DNA of 63,432 bases, counting the filler. It is 6 parts of 6 records of this genome, joined end to end, with 100 filler letters (N's around TTAATTAATTAA, not from the genome) between each part and the next. Parts side by side here need not be neighbours in the genome. Positions count along the whole stretch, not along the records: positions 1 to 18,730 come from SRR2962707_1886; 5 more parts are not named here. One strand, written 5' to 3'. Position numbers and translations under genes: made by a program. Below the pieces are notes generated by a model. It made no database searches. It had not been told where the DNA came from and was given only the letters and a program-made list of their open reading frames with translations. Below, piece after piece: positions 1 to 10,095 of the stretch (position 1 is the stretch's first letter; each line of letters opens with the position of its first letter).

Positions 1-28
1 CAGGGTTCGAATCCCTGTCTCTCCGCCA
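1..28 (+). tRNA. 3' portion of a tRNA, most likely tRNA-Ser (truncated by window start)
   Basis: T-arm CAGGG-TTCGAAT-CCCTG, acceptor strand TCTCTCC, discriminator G and encoded CCA. The anticodon is not visible; Ser is inferred from the implied GGAGAGA 5' strand and G73. Confidence 0.75.
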
Positions 29-502
29 TTCCTCCTCCTGCGAACCGCCGGTCCGCATAGATACCCCTCATTAACTGCGTATCCATAAAGGCTCAGGTCT
101 ATAAAACGCTACGGGCATGGACCAGAGAGACGCCAAACGGCGCATTTTGTACCGATTTACCGGTTTTTCTCTGTGGAGGTTTTTCGAGGTCACTGTACGG
201 CCGAATAGCCGCATATATTGATTTTATTCAGATCGGCGAAAACCCGAAAACCCCACTTCTTCTTGGGATTTCCAGTTGCTGTAGTAATTGAGAGGAGACG
301 AATGCTTAGTCCTGACCGAGCTTCAATTCGGCCCCTCTCCGATCACTTACTGTCCAATATCTTGGCTATTCCCTGAAACAAGACGCTCGCATATGAAAAT
401 CATTGAGCCTAAAAACCATGTGGCACTCTGCCATAGGTAAAGGGAAACACAATTATACAACAGCTCTCAAAACAGCAATGAACTGGGCTGCTCTCATCAC
501 TT

Positions 503-1774
503 CTATAGGATGAAGTTCGCGACGGCCTCGTCTTCGGTGATGTCAGTATACGTGTAACCCAACTCATCCATGCGGGCGAACAGGGCTTTAAAGCTGCCGA
601 CATCCGTCGATTCTATGCCGATCAATATGTGCCCGAAATTGCGCGCCGACTTCTTCAAGTATTCGAAGCGCGCGATGTCGTCATCGGGACCGAGAACGTT
701 CAGGAAGTCCTTGAGGGCGCCAGGGCGTTGGGGCAAACGGAGGATCAGGTATTTCTTTAAACCAGCTGCGCGCAGTGCCCGCTCTTTCACCTCCGGCAGT
801 CTCTCGAAATCGAAGTTACCACCTGACGTAACGCAGACGACGTTCTTGCCTGCCAGCCGTTCTGGTGCGAGTTTCCGCAAAGCGTGGATTGCCAACGCGC
901 CGGCCGGTTCAAGGACGATACCTTCTCTATTCAGAAACTCGACAATCGTCTCGCAAAGCTCGTCCTCATCGACGAGGACGACCGAAGTCGGGTCGACATC
1001 CCGCAGATACTCATAATTGAGCTCACCGATCGCCGCTACGGACGCACCATCAACGAAGCTGTCGATCCACTCCAGTTCAACACGTTTCCCAATCTCAAGG
1101 CTACGTTTCAAACTCGGCGCCCCCGCCGGTTCGACGAAAACGATTTCGGTCTCCGGAGATGCAGCTCGCATGATTGTGCGCACACCGGACGAAAGTCCGC
1201 CGCCGCCAACAGGCAGTACTAGAAGGTCAATCCCGAAATCGACCTGATTGAGCAGTTCCAAGCCAACCGTGGATTGCCCTTCAATAATGTCTTGGTGATC
1301 AAAAGGAGGCACCATGATCCAGTCGTTGGCTGCGGCGTAGTCGAGCGCCTCTCTATTGCAGGCGTCGAAAATATCCCCGAATAACTTTACTTCGATCAAG
1401 CCCTGGCCAAAAATGATCGTCTTGTCGATCTTCTGGCGTGGCGTCGTTACTGGCATAAAAACAATACCCGGCATGCCAAAGTGGTGGCATGCAAATGCGA
1501 AACCTTGCGCATGATTTCCGGCTGACGCGCAGACAAAGCCGTTGGGTTTGTGTCCACCGGCAAGGGCTTTGCGGAAAAAATTGAAGGCGCCGCGGAGCTT
1601 GTAACTTCGGACTGGCGTCAAGTCCTCCCGCTTCAAGAATATTTTCGCGCCAAAACGCTCGGATAGAAAAAGGTTCTGCTGCAGGGGCGTGGGCGACATG
1701 ACCTCCTCTAGCGAAGCGTGCGCCTCCTTGGCTGAGGCCAGGATGGTATGTTCAAATTTAGTTCTATTATCCAA
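503..1774 (-). CDS. ilvA: Threonine ammonia-lyase, short form with one C-terminal ACT-like domain
   Basis: LKREDLTPVRSYKLRGA (PLP lysine), CASAGNHAQG, PVGGGGL, SGGNFDFERL, QRPGALKDFL. TTG start with GGAGAG RBS. Confidence 0.93.
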   Translation of the reverse strand: MDNRTKFEHTILASAKEAHASLEEVMSPTPLQQNLFLSERFGAKIFLKREDLTPVRSYKLRGAFNFFRKALAGGHKPNGFVCASAGNHAQGFAFACHHFGMPGIVFMPVTTPRQKIDKTIIFGQGLIEVKLFGDIFDACNREALDYAAANDWIMVPPFDHQDIIEGQSTVGLELLNQVDFGIDLLVLPVGGGGLSSGVRTIMRAASPETEIVFVEPAGAPSLKRSLEIGKRVELEWIDSFVDGASVAAIGELNYEYLRDVDPTSVVLVDEDELCETIVEFLNREGIVLEPAGALAIHALRKLAPERLAGKNVVCVTSGGNFDFERLPEVKERALRAAGLKKYLILRLPQRPGALKDFLNVLGPDDDIARFEYLKKSARNFGHILIGIESTDVGSFKALFARMDELGYTYTDITEDEAVANFIL

Positions 1775-1954
1775 CTTTTGACTCTCCGGAAAATGCCAAG
1801 CACTTCATCATAACAATCGACAGCGCTCTATCAGTACAAATGTTTAACGTCGATCTCCAATCTCGGCGGGAACTGCGATAATGCCGATACAGATATCATC
1901 ACGCCAAATTCTTACCGGAACGAAACAAAGGTGCAGCCAACCTCATCTGTTCAT

Positions 1955-1976
1955 AAAATGGAATACATTCCATTTT
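1955..1976. promoter_or_regulatory. Perfect inverted repeat, candidate operator upstream of ilvA
   Basis: AAAATGGAAT-AC-ATTCCATTTT: 10-bp arms, 2-bp spacer, in an AT-rich intergenic region. Confidence 0.45.
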
Positions 1977-2200
1977 TGGAATTATGTTGCCAAGTTGACA
2001 CGGCGCCTGGCTAGCGGAACCTGCTGTATTGCGGCAAGGGTTATCCGTATTTTGATATCCCCGAAGATCAGGCCCTCAGGGACGACACCATGAAATCAAA
2101 ATCCAACCATGATTAACGGTAAATAGTGAAATGGCAGTGCCAGAGTAATCTGACACTGCCATTCCGAAACGTCTTACGTGGTTGGCCCGTCGCGCGCGGC

Positions 2201-2857
2201 CTAGATTTCCTCGATCGTCAGGCCGAAGCGCGACCCCGGGAGCGTGCCATTTGCCGTATCGTTATTGGTTGCTTCTTCCTGGGCGATCTTTTCCTGCGAC
2301 GCCTTCAGGATATCGGCCTGCCGTTCCAGCGGCACGACGGTCACGCCATCGGCATCACCAAGCACGATGTCGCCGGGCTTCACGGGACACATGGCGCAGG
2401 CGATGATCCCGTCGATGACGCCGCCGAAGCCTTTGCTTGGTCCCGCCGGGGAGGTTGCGATGGCAAACGTCGAGAAGCCAAGCTCGCGGATTTCGTCAAC
2501 ATCGCGGACCGCACCGTCGACGACCAGACCGGCAATGCCCCGCTGCATAGCGGCGCGGGTCATGATACCGCCCCAAACAGCGGTGTCCTTGTGCGCACGT
2601 GCGTCGATCACCAGAATTTCGCCCGGCTCAACCATGCCAATGGCGGCATGGCTTGCACCATTGTCGCCGACCATTGTGGTGACGGTACGCGCCTGACCGC
2701 AAAGCGTCATGCCCACACCAACGGGTTTCATGTCGCCGCACATGACGTTCGTCCGGTTCATGACGTCACCGGCAATCGCCGTCGGAATCTTGCGCCACTG
2801 GTCCAGCACGTCTGCGGACAGTTTTTCGAATAAAGTTTTGTGTTTTTGAACGGCCAT
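2201..2857 (-). CDS. RraA-family protein (HMG/CHA aldolase-like)
   Basis: GQARTV, GDNGASH, AVWGGIM, GLVVDGAVRDVDEI, PGDIVLGDADGV motifs. AGGAGG RBS. Confidence 0.88.
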   Translation of the reverse strand: MAVQKHKTLFEKLSADVLDQWRKIPTAIAGDVMNRTNVMCGDMKPVGVGMTLCGQARTVTTMVGDNGASHAAIGMVEPGEILVIDARAHKDTAVWGGIMTRAAMQRGIAGLVVDGAVRDVDEIRELGFSTFAIATSPAGPSKGFGGVIDGIIACAMCPVKPGDIVLGDADGVTVVPLERQADILKASQEKIAQEEATNNDTANGTLPGSRFGLTIEEI

Positions 2858-2890
2858 CTCGGGTCCTCCTTTATTATGTTACTTGTTGCA

Positions 2891-3436
2891 TTACGTAATA
2901 CCGACGAAATCGCCGTGTTTGCGCAGGTAAGGTGTCAGACCACCAGCCTGCAGGATATCGAGCATAATCGGCGAAAGGGACCCGCCGTCAATATCAAGGT
3001 CTTTTGACATATTGCGTACCCTCAGCGCCCCCTTCTCGACGAAGACACGGATCTCATCGCCCTCGTCAATATCGTCGGTATCGCAGATCACCGGCATCAG
3101 ACCATTGTTGATGGCGTTACGGTAATAGGCACGGGCGAAGCTTTTCGCGAGCACACATGACACCCCCGCAGCGCGGACGACGGTCACCGCCACTTCCATC
3201 GCCGAGCCGCAGCCGAAGTTGGTACCGGCCACGAAGACATCCCCCGCAACCACGCTTTCGCCCAGCGCCTTGTCGTAATCTTCAAGCAGGTACGCGCGCA
3301 GTTCATCCGCATCGATGGTAACACGTTTGCGCCGGGACGAGATGATGGAGTCCGTATTCACGTCGTCGCCGAGCAGACGAGCCCGGCCCGATACGGCGCA
3401 GTCTGCGCCCGGGTTATTGCGCGCGTTCTCGCTCAT
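2891..3436 (-). CDS. LeuD/DmdB-like small subunit of an aconitase-family hydro-lyase
   Basis: GDDVNTD, AGTNFGCGSAME, AKSFARAYYRNAINNGL, AGGL. The ATG overlaps the stop of the large subunit. Confidence 0.85.
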   Translation of the reverse strand: MSENARNNPGADCAVSGRARLLGDDVNTDSIISSRRKRVTIDADELRAYLLEDYDKALGESVVAGDVFVAGTNFGCGSAMEVAVTVVRAAGVSCVLAKSFARAYYRNAINNGLMPVICDTDDIDEGDEIRVFVEKGALRVRNMSKDLDIDGGSLSPIMLDILQAGGLTPYLRKHGDFVGIT

Positions 3437-4710
3437 GACAGGAATTTCCTCGGATCCGTGATCCGGCCTTCGACCGCGGCGGCCGCGCAAGCTTCCGGCG
3501 AGGCCAGATAAACCCGCGCTTTCGGATTGCCCATGCGGCCGGTGAAATTACGGTTTGCTGCCGAGATGACGACCTTGTCGTCACCCGGAATGGCGCCGCA
3601 GGTACCACAGCACGACCCGCAGCCCGGCGTCATCATCAGCGCCCCGAACTTAAGGAATTCCGCAAGCAGCCCGTTCGACGCCATATCACCGTAAACGCGG
3701 TCGGATGCGGGGGTGACCAGCAACTGAACCCCCGGTGCCTTGCCGCCACCGGCCTGCAGGATCCGCAGTGCATTTTCGAGGTCCGATTTGCGTCCCCCGG
3801 TACACGTTCCCAGATAGACCATGTCGACGGCCGTTCCCTCGTCGTCCCCAAGATCGACGATCTCGGCCGCTGCGCCGCCGACGGGGGGGCGCGCCAGTTT
3901 CGGGTTGAGCGTTTCCAGATTGATATCCAGGGTTTTCGCGTAGACCGCATCCGGGTCGGCTGAAACCGTCTGCATCTCATCCTCGGACAATCCCAGGTAT
4001 GCCGCCGTTTTTTCGTCGGCTTCAAAGATGCCCGCCTTGGCGCCCGCATCGGTCGACATGTTGGAAAGAATCATACGCTCTTCGAAGGTCAATGATTGCG
4101 CGCCTGCCCCGGTGAATTCCAGTGTCCGGTAACTCGCATCCCTGGGATCGAGCACGCGATTGATTTCGAGTGCGACATCCTTTGAATCCAGCCCGTCACG
4201 CAATTTGCCGGTCAAGTTGACCCGGATGCTTTCCGGCACCCGGAACCAGAGCTTGCCGGTCAGCATGACTGCTGCCAGATCGGACGAGCCGATCCCTGCG
4301 CCGAAGGCATTCACCGCGCCGTATTCGACCGAATGGCTGTCCGCGCCCACCACCAACATGCCGGGCCGGACATGGCCGCGCTCGATCATCAACTGGTGAC
4401 CTATACCGGCGCCGATCTCATAGATCACATTGCCGTTGCGCTTGGTGAATTCACGAATCCTGTCCTGCAGCGCGACCGTCGCGGGATTGTCCGGCGGGGC
4501 ATAATGATCGAGAGCGAAGATCAGGTTTTCCGGGTCGGCCAGCTTCTCGCCGCCCATATCGTGGAAGTAGTCAATGGCCATCGGCGCCGAACCATCGGTC
4601 GCCATCGCTGCGTCAACGCGGCAGACGACGGTCTCCCCCGCACGACATTCACGCCCGCAATGGCGGGACATGATCTTTTCGCTGATCGTCGCGGGGGATG
4701 AACCGTTCAC
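3433..4710 (-). CDS. LeuC/homoaconitase-like [4Fe-4S] large subunit
   Basis: TISEKI, GIGHQ, GADSHS, GTCTGGR, PGCGSCCG, ANRNFTGRMG, YLASP. Confidence 0.88.
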   Translation of the reverse strand: MNGSSPATISEKIMSRHCGRECRAGETVVCRVDAAMATDGSAPMAIDYFHDMGGEKLADPENLIFALDHYAPPDNPATVALQDRIREFTKRNGNVIYEIGAGIGHQLMIERGHVRPGMLVVGADSHSVEYGAVNAFGAGIGSSDLAAVMLTGKLWFRVPESIRVNLTGKLRDGLDSKDVALEINRVLDPRDASYRTLEFTGAGAQSLTFEERMILSNMSTDAGAKAGIFEADEKTAAYLGLSEDEMQTVSADPDAVYAKTLDINLETLNPKLARPPVGGAAAEIVDLGDDEGTAVDMVYLGTCTGGRKSDLENALRILQAGGGKAPGVQLLVTPASDRVYGDMASNGLLAEFLKFGALMMTPGCGSCCGTCGAIPGDDKVVISAANRNFTGRMGNPKARVYLASPEACAAAAVEGRITDPRKFLS

Positions 4711-4722
4711 GCCTGTCGTCCG

Positions 4723-5880
4723 TTATCCGTTTCGGCCAAGGAAGGCACGCGCCGCATCGACACCGGCCCGGGCATCACAATCGGCCCCGAGCTTTACGAG
4801 AACCTGACCGAGATGATCCAGGTCCGTCAGAATGTCGTCTTCCGTCGCTGCGCCCATGGTACCGATCCGTATCATCTTGCCGCGAAGCTCGTTACGCGCA
4901 CCGGCAATGACGGTGCCGTGATCTTCGTACATCATTCGCACCAGAGCGGTCCCGTCCAGCCCTACGGGGACGTGGAACACACCCACCGTGTTTGATGTCA
5001 TCGGTGCCGTCGGAAATAGCGCAAGGCCGAGCGCTTCCGCCCCTGCCCGCAATGTCGCCGACAATCGTTGGTGGCGGTTCAGGACGTTCTCCAGCCCTTC
5101 CTCATGAATGGCGGTCAGTGCTTCGTGCAACCCGGCGACCAGTGACACGGGCGGCGTAAACGCCGTTTGGCCCTTCTTCGCCGACTCTCTGGCCTTGCGG
5201 AAATCCCAGTAAAAGCGCGCCTGGCCTTTGTCCGCATCGACACGCTTCCAGGCCTTGTCGCTGACGCTGACAACCCCCAGTCCGGGCGGACACATCAGGG
5301 CCTTTTGTGACGCCGATACGAGCACATCGACCCCCCAGTCATCCTGGCGCATCTCGACCCCGCCAAGTCCACTGACGGAATCCACGATCAGGATCGCGTT
5401 GGTTTCCGCGACAACAGCGCCGATCGCTTCAAGATCGGTGACCGCCCCCGACGAACTTTCGTTGTGGATTGCGATGACCGCTGCGAAGTCGTCACCCGCA
5501 AGGCGTTCTTTCACCGCCTCTGCCGACACTGCGTCGCCCCACGCGACCTCGATCTCGACGACACCGTCGCCAACGCCGAGTGCCTCTGCGATGGCTTTGA
5601 ACCGTCCGCCCCATTGTCCGTTGGTCAGGATCAGTATCTTATCGCCGGGCGTGATGGTATTGGCGACCGCTGCCTCCATCACCCCGGTGCCGGAACTGGC
5701 AAAGATCATGACCTCATTCCGGGTGCCCATTACCGGACGCAGCATATCCGTTGTTTCGACCAGCATCCGGGAGAACTCCTGACCCCGGTGGCTGAAAATC
5801 GGCTTGGCTGTCGCTTGCATCACGCGTGCAGGGACCTCGGTCGGCCCCGGCAAGCGAAGCCTGTATACGGACTTAGTCAT
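4723..5880 (-). CDS. Class V PLP aminotransferase (serine-pyruvate/alanine-glyoxylate family)
   Basis: PGPTEVP, SSGTGVMEA, HNESSSG, VDSVSGLG, SQKALMCPPG, IRIGTMG. Confidence 0.9.
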   Translation of the reverse strand: MTKSVYRLRLPGPTEVPARVMQATAKPIFSHRGQEFSRMLVETTDMLRPVMGTRNEVMIFASSGTGVMEAAVANTITPGDKILILTNGQWGGRFKAIAEALGVGDGVVEIEVAWGDAVSAEAVKERLAGDDFAAVIAIHNESSSGAVTDLEAIGAVVAETNAILIVDSVSGLGGVEMRQDDWGVDVLVSASQKALMCPPGLGVVSVSDKAWKRVDADKGQARFYWDFRKARESAKKGQTAFTPPVSLVAGLHEALTAIHEEGLENVLNRHQRLSATLRAGAEALGLALFPTAPMTSNTVGVFHVPVGLDGTALVRMMYEDHGTVIAGARNELRGKMIRIGTMGAATEDDILTDLDHLGQVLVKLGADCDARAGVDAARAFLGRNG

Positions 5881-5920
5881 ATCGTTATTTCCTTAGTCTT
5901 TTTCTGTTTTATCGTTCAGG

Positions 5921-7963
5921 TCATGCAACCGCGGGACGGTCGCGCCACTTTGTCCACTGCGAGATCAGGACCGGCATCGCAAGAGCAAGCCCGATACCGC
6001 CGGACGGTATTCCCGGGGCAAAGAAGAACAGCGACGAGAAGCCGAGCAACCAACGCTGCCATCCCGGCATCGTCGCCACGAGATATCCCGTGAACGCCGA
6101 CCCGATCAGGAACACACCGATGATGCAGCCACTGAACGCAACGATGAATTCCTGCAGCGAGAACCCTTCGACCACGATCAGCAGCGATGGTGCGTACACG
6201 AACACCAGCGGCACCACTGCTTTCGCGTTGCCGAGCTTGAACGCGGTATTCCCCGCCTGGAACGGGTTGGCGCCGGCAATCCCGGCAGCGGCATATGCCG
6301 CCACGGCAACCGGTGGGGTGATATCCGCCAGCACGCCATAGAAGAACACATAGAAGTGCGACACCAGCTGCGGGATACCCAGGATCGCCAGCACCGGCGC
6401 CACCATCGTCACCAGAACGATGTAGGTCGCCGTCGTCGGCAGCCCCGCCCCCATCAGGATACAGGCGACCGCCACAAAGATCAGGGTGATGAACAATGTC
6501 AGCGAATCAACCGTGAACGGGAAGTACGGCAGCATGCCATGAATATTGGAGGCGAGCGTCCCTGCGAAGTCAGTCACGACGAACGAGACTTTGAAGCCCA
6601 TCCCGGAAATCGTGATGATACCGACGATGATGCCGACGGACGCTGCCGCCGCACCGACGGCAAGCGCATACTTGGCGCCCAACTGGAAAGCATCGACCAG
6701 ATCACGCACCGTGAGACGGTTTTTCGGATTGATGAACCCGACGATGATGCACGACGTGATTCCCCAGAACGCCGCCCAATAGGGTGTGAACCCCTTGACG
6801 ATCATGAAGATCAGGATGACCAGCGGGATCAGGATCAACCAGTTTTCCTTGATCAGATTGACGAAGACCGGCAGTTCCTCTTTCGAAAGACCACGCAAGC
6901 CTAGGCGCTTCGCTTCAAGGTGCACCATGACCATGACGGCGAAGAAGTGCAGGAAGGCCGGGACCAGGGCGGCAATCAGAATCGTGCGCAGCGGCACTTC
7001 CAGAAATTCGATCATCAGGAATGCGGCCGCGCCCATGATCGGCGGCGTGATCTGACCGCCGGTCGACGCTGCCGCTTCGACGGCCGCCGCGAAATGCGGC
7101 TTGTAGCCGATCTTTTTCATCGCCGGGATCGTCAACGAACCGGTCGTCACCGTATTGGCGATCGAGGACCCGGACAGCATACCGAACATCGCCGAGGACA
7201 GGACACTGACCTTGGCGGGACCGCCGGAATAACGGCCGGCAGCGCAATACGCGAGATCGATGAACAACTGCCCGAGGCCGATCCGTGTCGCAACGACACC
7301 GAACAGCACGAAGTGGAAAACATACGTCGCGACGACGTGAACCGGCAGACCGAATACGCCTTCCCCGGTCAGATACAGATGGTCGATCAGACCGGACCAG
7401 GTGCTGCCTGGATGCACCAGCGGCCCCGGCGCGTAATTGCCCCAAAGGCCATAGGCAATAAAGATCAGGCAGATGATCGGCAGCGCCACCCCCATGGAGC
7501 GGCGCGTCGTCTCGATCACGGCGGCGATCATGATCGTCCCGATAACGATGTCAATTTGCTCCGGATCGCCGATCCTGAAATTGATTGAGCCGACGATGCC
7601 TTCGATCCCGCCGTACGTTAGAGCGACCCAAAGCGACGCGATGATCGTCAGAATGAAGAACAGCCAGTCGTAGAGCGGCACCCCGCCCTTGCACCACCAG
7701 GCCTCGGTATCCGGGCTGATCGGCTTCCCGGCGTGAAGCGGAAACACGATGAAGATAAGGCCGAGAACGTAAGCCAGATGGACACCCGTGTGCAGGTGAG
7801 CTTCCAGGACGCCAAAACCGGACGTGTAATAGTGGAAAACAGAAAGAGTGAACAGCAGGCCGATCACCAGCCAGCGAACAGGCCCCCAGGTATCGCGGAA
7901 CTGAATTTCCGGATCATACTGCTCTTCCAGTTCACGGGCTTTTTCAAAATCAATCTGGGCCAT
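5921..7963 (-). CDS. TRAP transporter fused 4TM/12TM permease (TAXI type)
   Basis: GGPAKVSV, SGSSIANTVTTG, EAAASTGGQITPPIMGAAAF, GLPTTATY, DITPPVA. Highly hydrophobic. Confidence 0.93.
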   Translation of the reverse strand: MAQIDFEKARELEEQYDPEIQFRDTWGPVRWLVIGLLFTLSVFHYYTSGFGVLEAHLHTGVHLAYVLGLIFIVFPLHAGKPISPDTEAWWCKGGVPLYDWLFFILTIIASLWVALTYGGIEGIVGSINFRIGDPEQIDIVIGTIMIAAVIETTRRSMGVALPIICLIFIAYGLWGNYAPGPLVHPGSTWSGLIDHLYLTGEGVFGLPVHVVATYVFHFVLFGVVATRIGLGQLFIDLAYCAAGRYSGGPAKVSVLSSAMFGMLSGSSIANTVTTGSLTIPAMKKIGYKPHFAAAVEAAASTGGQITPPIMGAAAFLMIEFLEVPLRTILIAALVPAFLHFFAVMVMVHLEAKRLGLRGLSKEELPVFVNLIKENWLILIPLVILIFMIVKGFTPYWAAFWGITSCIIVGFINPKNRLTVRDLVDAFQLGAKYALAVGAAAASVGIIVGIITISGMGFKVSFVVTDFAGTLASNIHGMLPYFPFTVDSLTLFITLIFVAVACILMGAGLPTTATYIVLVTMVAPVLAILGIPQLVSHFYVFFYGVLADITPPVAVAAYAAAGIAGANPFQAGNTAFKLGNAKAVVPLVFVYAPSLLIVVEGFSLQEFIVAFSGCIIGVFLIGSAFTGYLVATMPGWQRWLLGFSSLFFFAPGIPSGGIGLALAMPVLISQWTKWRDRPAVA

Positions 7964-8037
7964 GTTGTTCGCACTCTGAGTTTATATTGGGAAAAAATTG
8001 AATAAATCGCGCCTTACGCGCGCATGCGTGACATGAA

Positions 8038-8063
8038 CCGGGGAGCGCTCTCACGCTCCCCGG
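8038..8063 (-). terminator. GC-rich intercistronic hairpin after the solute-binding gene (mRNA stabiliser or partial terminator)
   Basis: CCGGGGAGCG-CTCTCA-CGCTCCCCGG, perfect 10-bp stem, no strong U-tract. Confidence 0.5.
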
Positions 8064-8086
8064 CCAAGCGTTGATCAGAAATTGGC

Positions 8087-9118
8087 TTATTTAGCGCCGA
8101 CTTCCTTGTAGAACTTCTCCGCACCCGGGCAGATCGGGATCGGCACACCGTCAAACGCCGTTTCCAGCGTCAGGGATTTCCCTTTTGCATGACCGTTGGC
8201 GAGCAGCTTCTTGGCACGCGGATTGTCGAACAGGCCTTTGACGACACCGTAGTGGGTGGTGGCGTCGATGTCGCTGTTGGAAACCCAAAGTGCGCTGACT
8301 GCCACCGTTTCGGTGTCCTGGTCATTGCCCTTGTAGGTGCCACCCGGAATCTTGGCGGCGGAGTAGAATTTGACTTTATCGAGCAGGCGCTGGCGAGCTT
8401 CACCTTCGACCGGCACCATCACGGCGCCCTGCATCGAGGCCATTTCGACAACCGAAGAGTTCGGATAACCGGTGACCGTGATCCAGGCATCGGCATGACC
8501 GTCACGAATCATGTCCGCTGCGGTTTTGGATTTCACATACTCCGGCTTGAAGTCTTTCTTCTCGTCGAGGCCATATGCTTCAACGACCAGGCGTGCACCA
8601 ACCAGGGCGCCGGATGCGGGCAGCCCCATGCCGATGGTCTTGCCTTTGAAGTCCGACACTTTCTTGATGCCCGACTTGGTGCCGGCGACGACGTGCACGT
8701 GCTCCTGGAACAGCGATGCCAGAACGCAAAGGTTCTTCATCGGCTCCTTGCCCTCGAACGGACCGGTACCGGTATACGCCCAATAGGTCACGTCGGACTG
8801 CGCAAAGCCGCTTTCAACCTGGCCCGACTTGATGGAGTTCACGTTGGAGACGGAACCGTGCGCCGACTGGGCGACGGCAACAAGGCCTTCCATACCGCAG
8901 TTACCCCCTTTGTCGCATGGACGCGAACCCGGAGGGTTGCCGATCACCTGCGCCAGAAGACCGGACATGGGATAATACGTCCCGCCGGCCGACCCGGATG
9001 CAATCCGGAAGAATTTCATATCTTCTGCGTGGGCCGTCGCGGGCGAGAAGACCGCGGTCGCCGAAACGGCGAATACCGCCGCTGCGCCAAAGATGGTTTT
9101 AGATATATTCAATCTCAT
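8087..9118 (-). CDS. TAXI-family TRAP solute-binding protein
   Basis: Signal peptide ending AHA, then FRIASGSAGGTYYP, GSVSNV, QSDV, C-terminal PICPGAEKFYKE. Confidence 0.92.
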   Translation of the reverse strand: MRLNISKTIFGAAAVFAVSATAVFSPATAHAEDMKFFRIASGSAGGTYYPMSGLLAQVIGNPPGSRPCDKGGNCGMEGLVAVAQSAHGSVSNVNSIKSGQVESGFAQSDVTYWAYTGTGPFEGKEPMKNLCVLASLFQEHVHVVAGTKSGIKKVSDFKGKTIGMGLPASGALVGARLVVEAYGLDEKKDFKPEYVKSKTAADMIRDGHADAWITVTGYPNSSVVEMASMQGAVMVPVEGEARQRLLDKVKFYSAAKIPGGTYKGNDQDTETVAVSALWVSNSDIDATTHYGVVKGLFDNPRAKKLLANGHAKGKSLTLETAFDGVPIPICPGAEKFYKEVGAK

Positions 9119-9184
9119 AGTCCTTATTCTCCACTGGTTTCTGAGGGTACTAAGTTGAGGTATCGGCCGACTTGGCGGCCTACT

Positions 9185-9928
9185 CTACAGGCCGGCTTCC
9201 GTTGTCTGGACGGGTGTGTTCTCCAACATGGCCAAAAGCTCATGCCTGTAAATTTCGCGCGCATTGGAAAGGTGCCGACGGATTTCGCGCTCGGCACCCT
9301 CGGAATCTTTTGCCTTCAAACATTCAAGGACTGCTTGGTGTTCCGCGTGGATGTCGCTACCGCGATCCTCAATACCGACAATCAGATGCCGGTATCTCTC
9401 CTGGCGTAAAAGCGTCTGTGCCAGCAACTGCGAGGCAAACGCGTTGTTCGCGAGCCGGCGCAGCTCGTCATGGAACGCCGGCCCGGCATCCAACAGCCCG
9501 TCGATATCGTCGATATCCCGATAAGCCAGCACGCGTCTATTGATACGCTCGAGACCTTCCAGTGAAATTTCACCGGCCGCATACCGTTGACCCACGGTAT
9601 AGACAATCAGGCCTTCCAGGCGTTCGCGCGTCCGGGAAACATCATCCATCTCCTGCACCGACATCGCCGGCACGACAATGCCCCGCCCCTGCCCACGTCT
9701 TACCAGCCCCAGCAATTCAAGCCGATGCAAGGCTTCGCGCAGGGGTGTCCGGCTAACATTCAGGCTTTCAGAAAGCTCGATCTCTTTTAAGGGAAAGTCC
9801 TCGTTTGGCGGCGCACTCATAATGATGTGCAATAACTGGCTAAAGGCGGCATCTGCCAAACTCAAGCCATCCCCTTGAAAGGCAAGGACAAGCAGTTCGC
9901 TCAGTGGGTCATTACGAAAGTTTGGCAA
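9185..9928 (-). CDS. GntR-family regulator (FadR/FCD type)
   Basis: HTH LSESLNVSRTPLREALHRLELLGLV. FCD domain with FHDEL and EHQAVL. Confidence 0.88.
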   Translation of the reverse strand: MPNFRNDPLSELLVLAFQGDGLSLADAAFSQLLHIIMSAPPNEDFPLKEIELSESLNVSRTPLREALHRLELLGLVRRGQGRGIVVPAMSVQEMDDVSRTRERLEGLIVYTVGQRYAAGEISLEGLERINRRVLAYRDIDDIDGLLDAGPAFHDELRRLANNAFASQLLAQTLLRQERYRHLIVGIEDRGSDIHAEHQAVLECLKAKDSEGAEREIRRHLSNAREIYRHELLAMLENTPVQTTEAGL

Positions 9929-9954
9929 GTTTATGACATCCCCTCAGATTTTAC

Positions 9955-9970
9955 TGTATACATAAATACA
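9955..9970. promoter_or_regulatory. Candidate GntR/FadR operator in the divergent promoter region
   Basis: TGTATACATAAATACA contains the TGTATACA palindrome typical of FadR-subfamily boxes, just upstream of the gntR gene. Confidence 0.5.
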
Positions 9971-10095
9971 ATGACCGTGCAATAGGTCGGATTGTGGGGG
10001 AACCAATATACCGGCAGTCAGTTGGCGGTGTCGGTGATTTAGAAGATGATGAAGCCAAACGATATTCAACAACGTGCGAGTTGGGGTAAACAAGA

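Noticed and set aside
2891-4710. Leucine biosynthesis leuCD together with ilvA as a branched-chain amino acid operon
   Set aside because: Motifs deviate from canonical LeuC/LeuD, leuA and leuB are absent, the context is uptake and catabolism, and ilvA is separated by about 430 bp with different composition.
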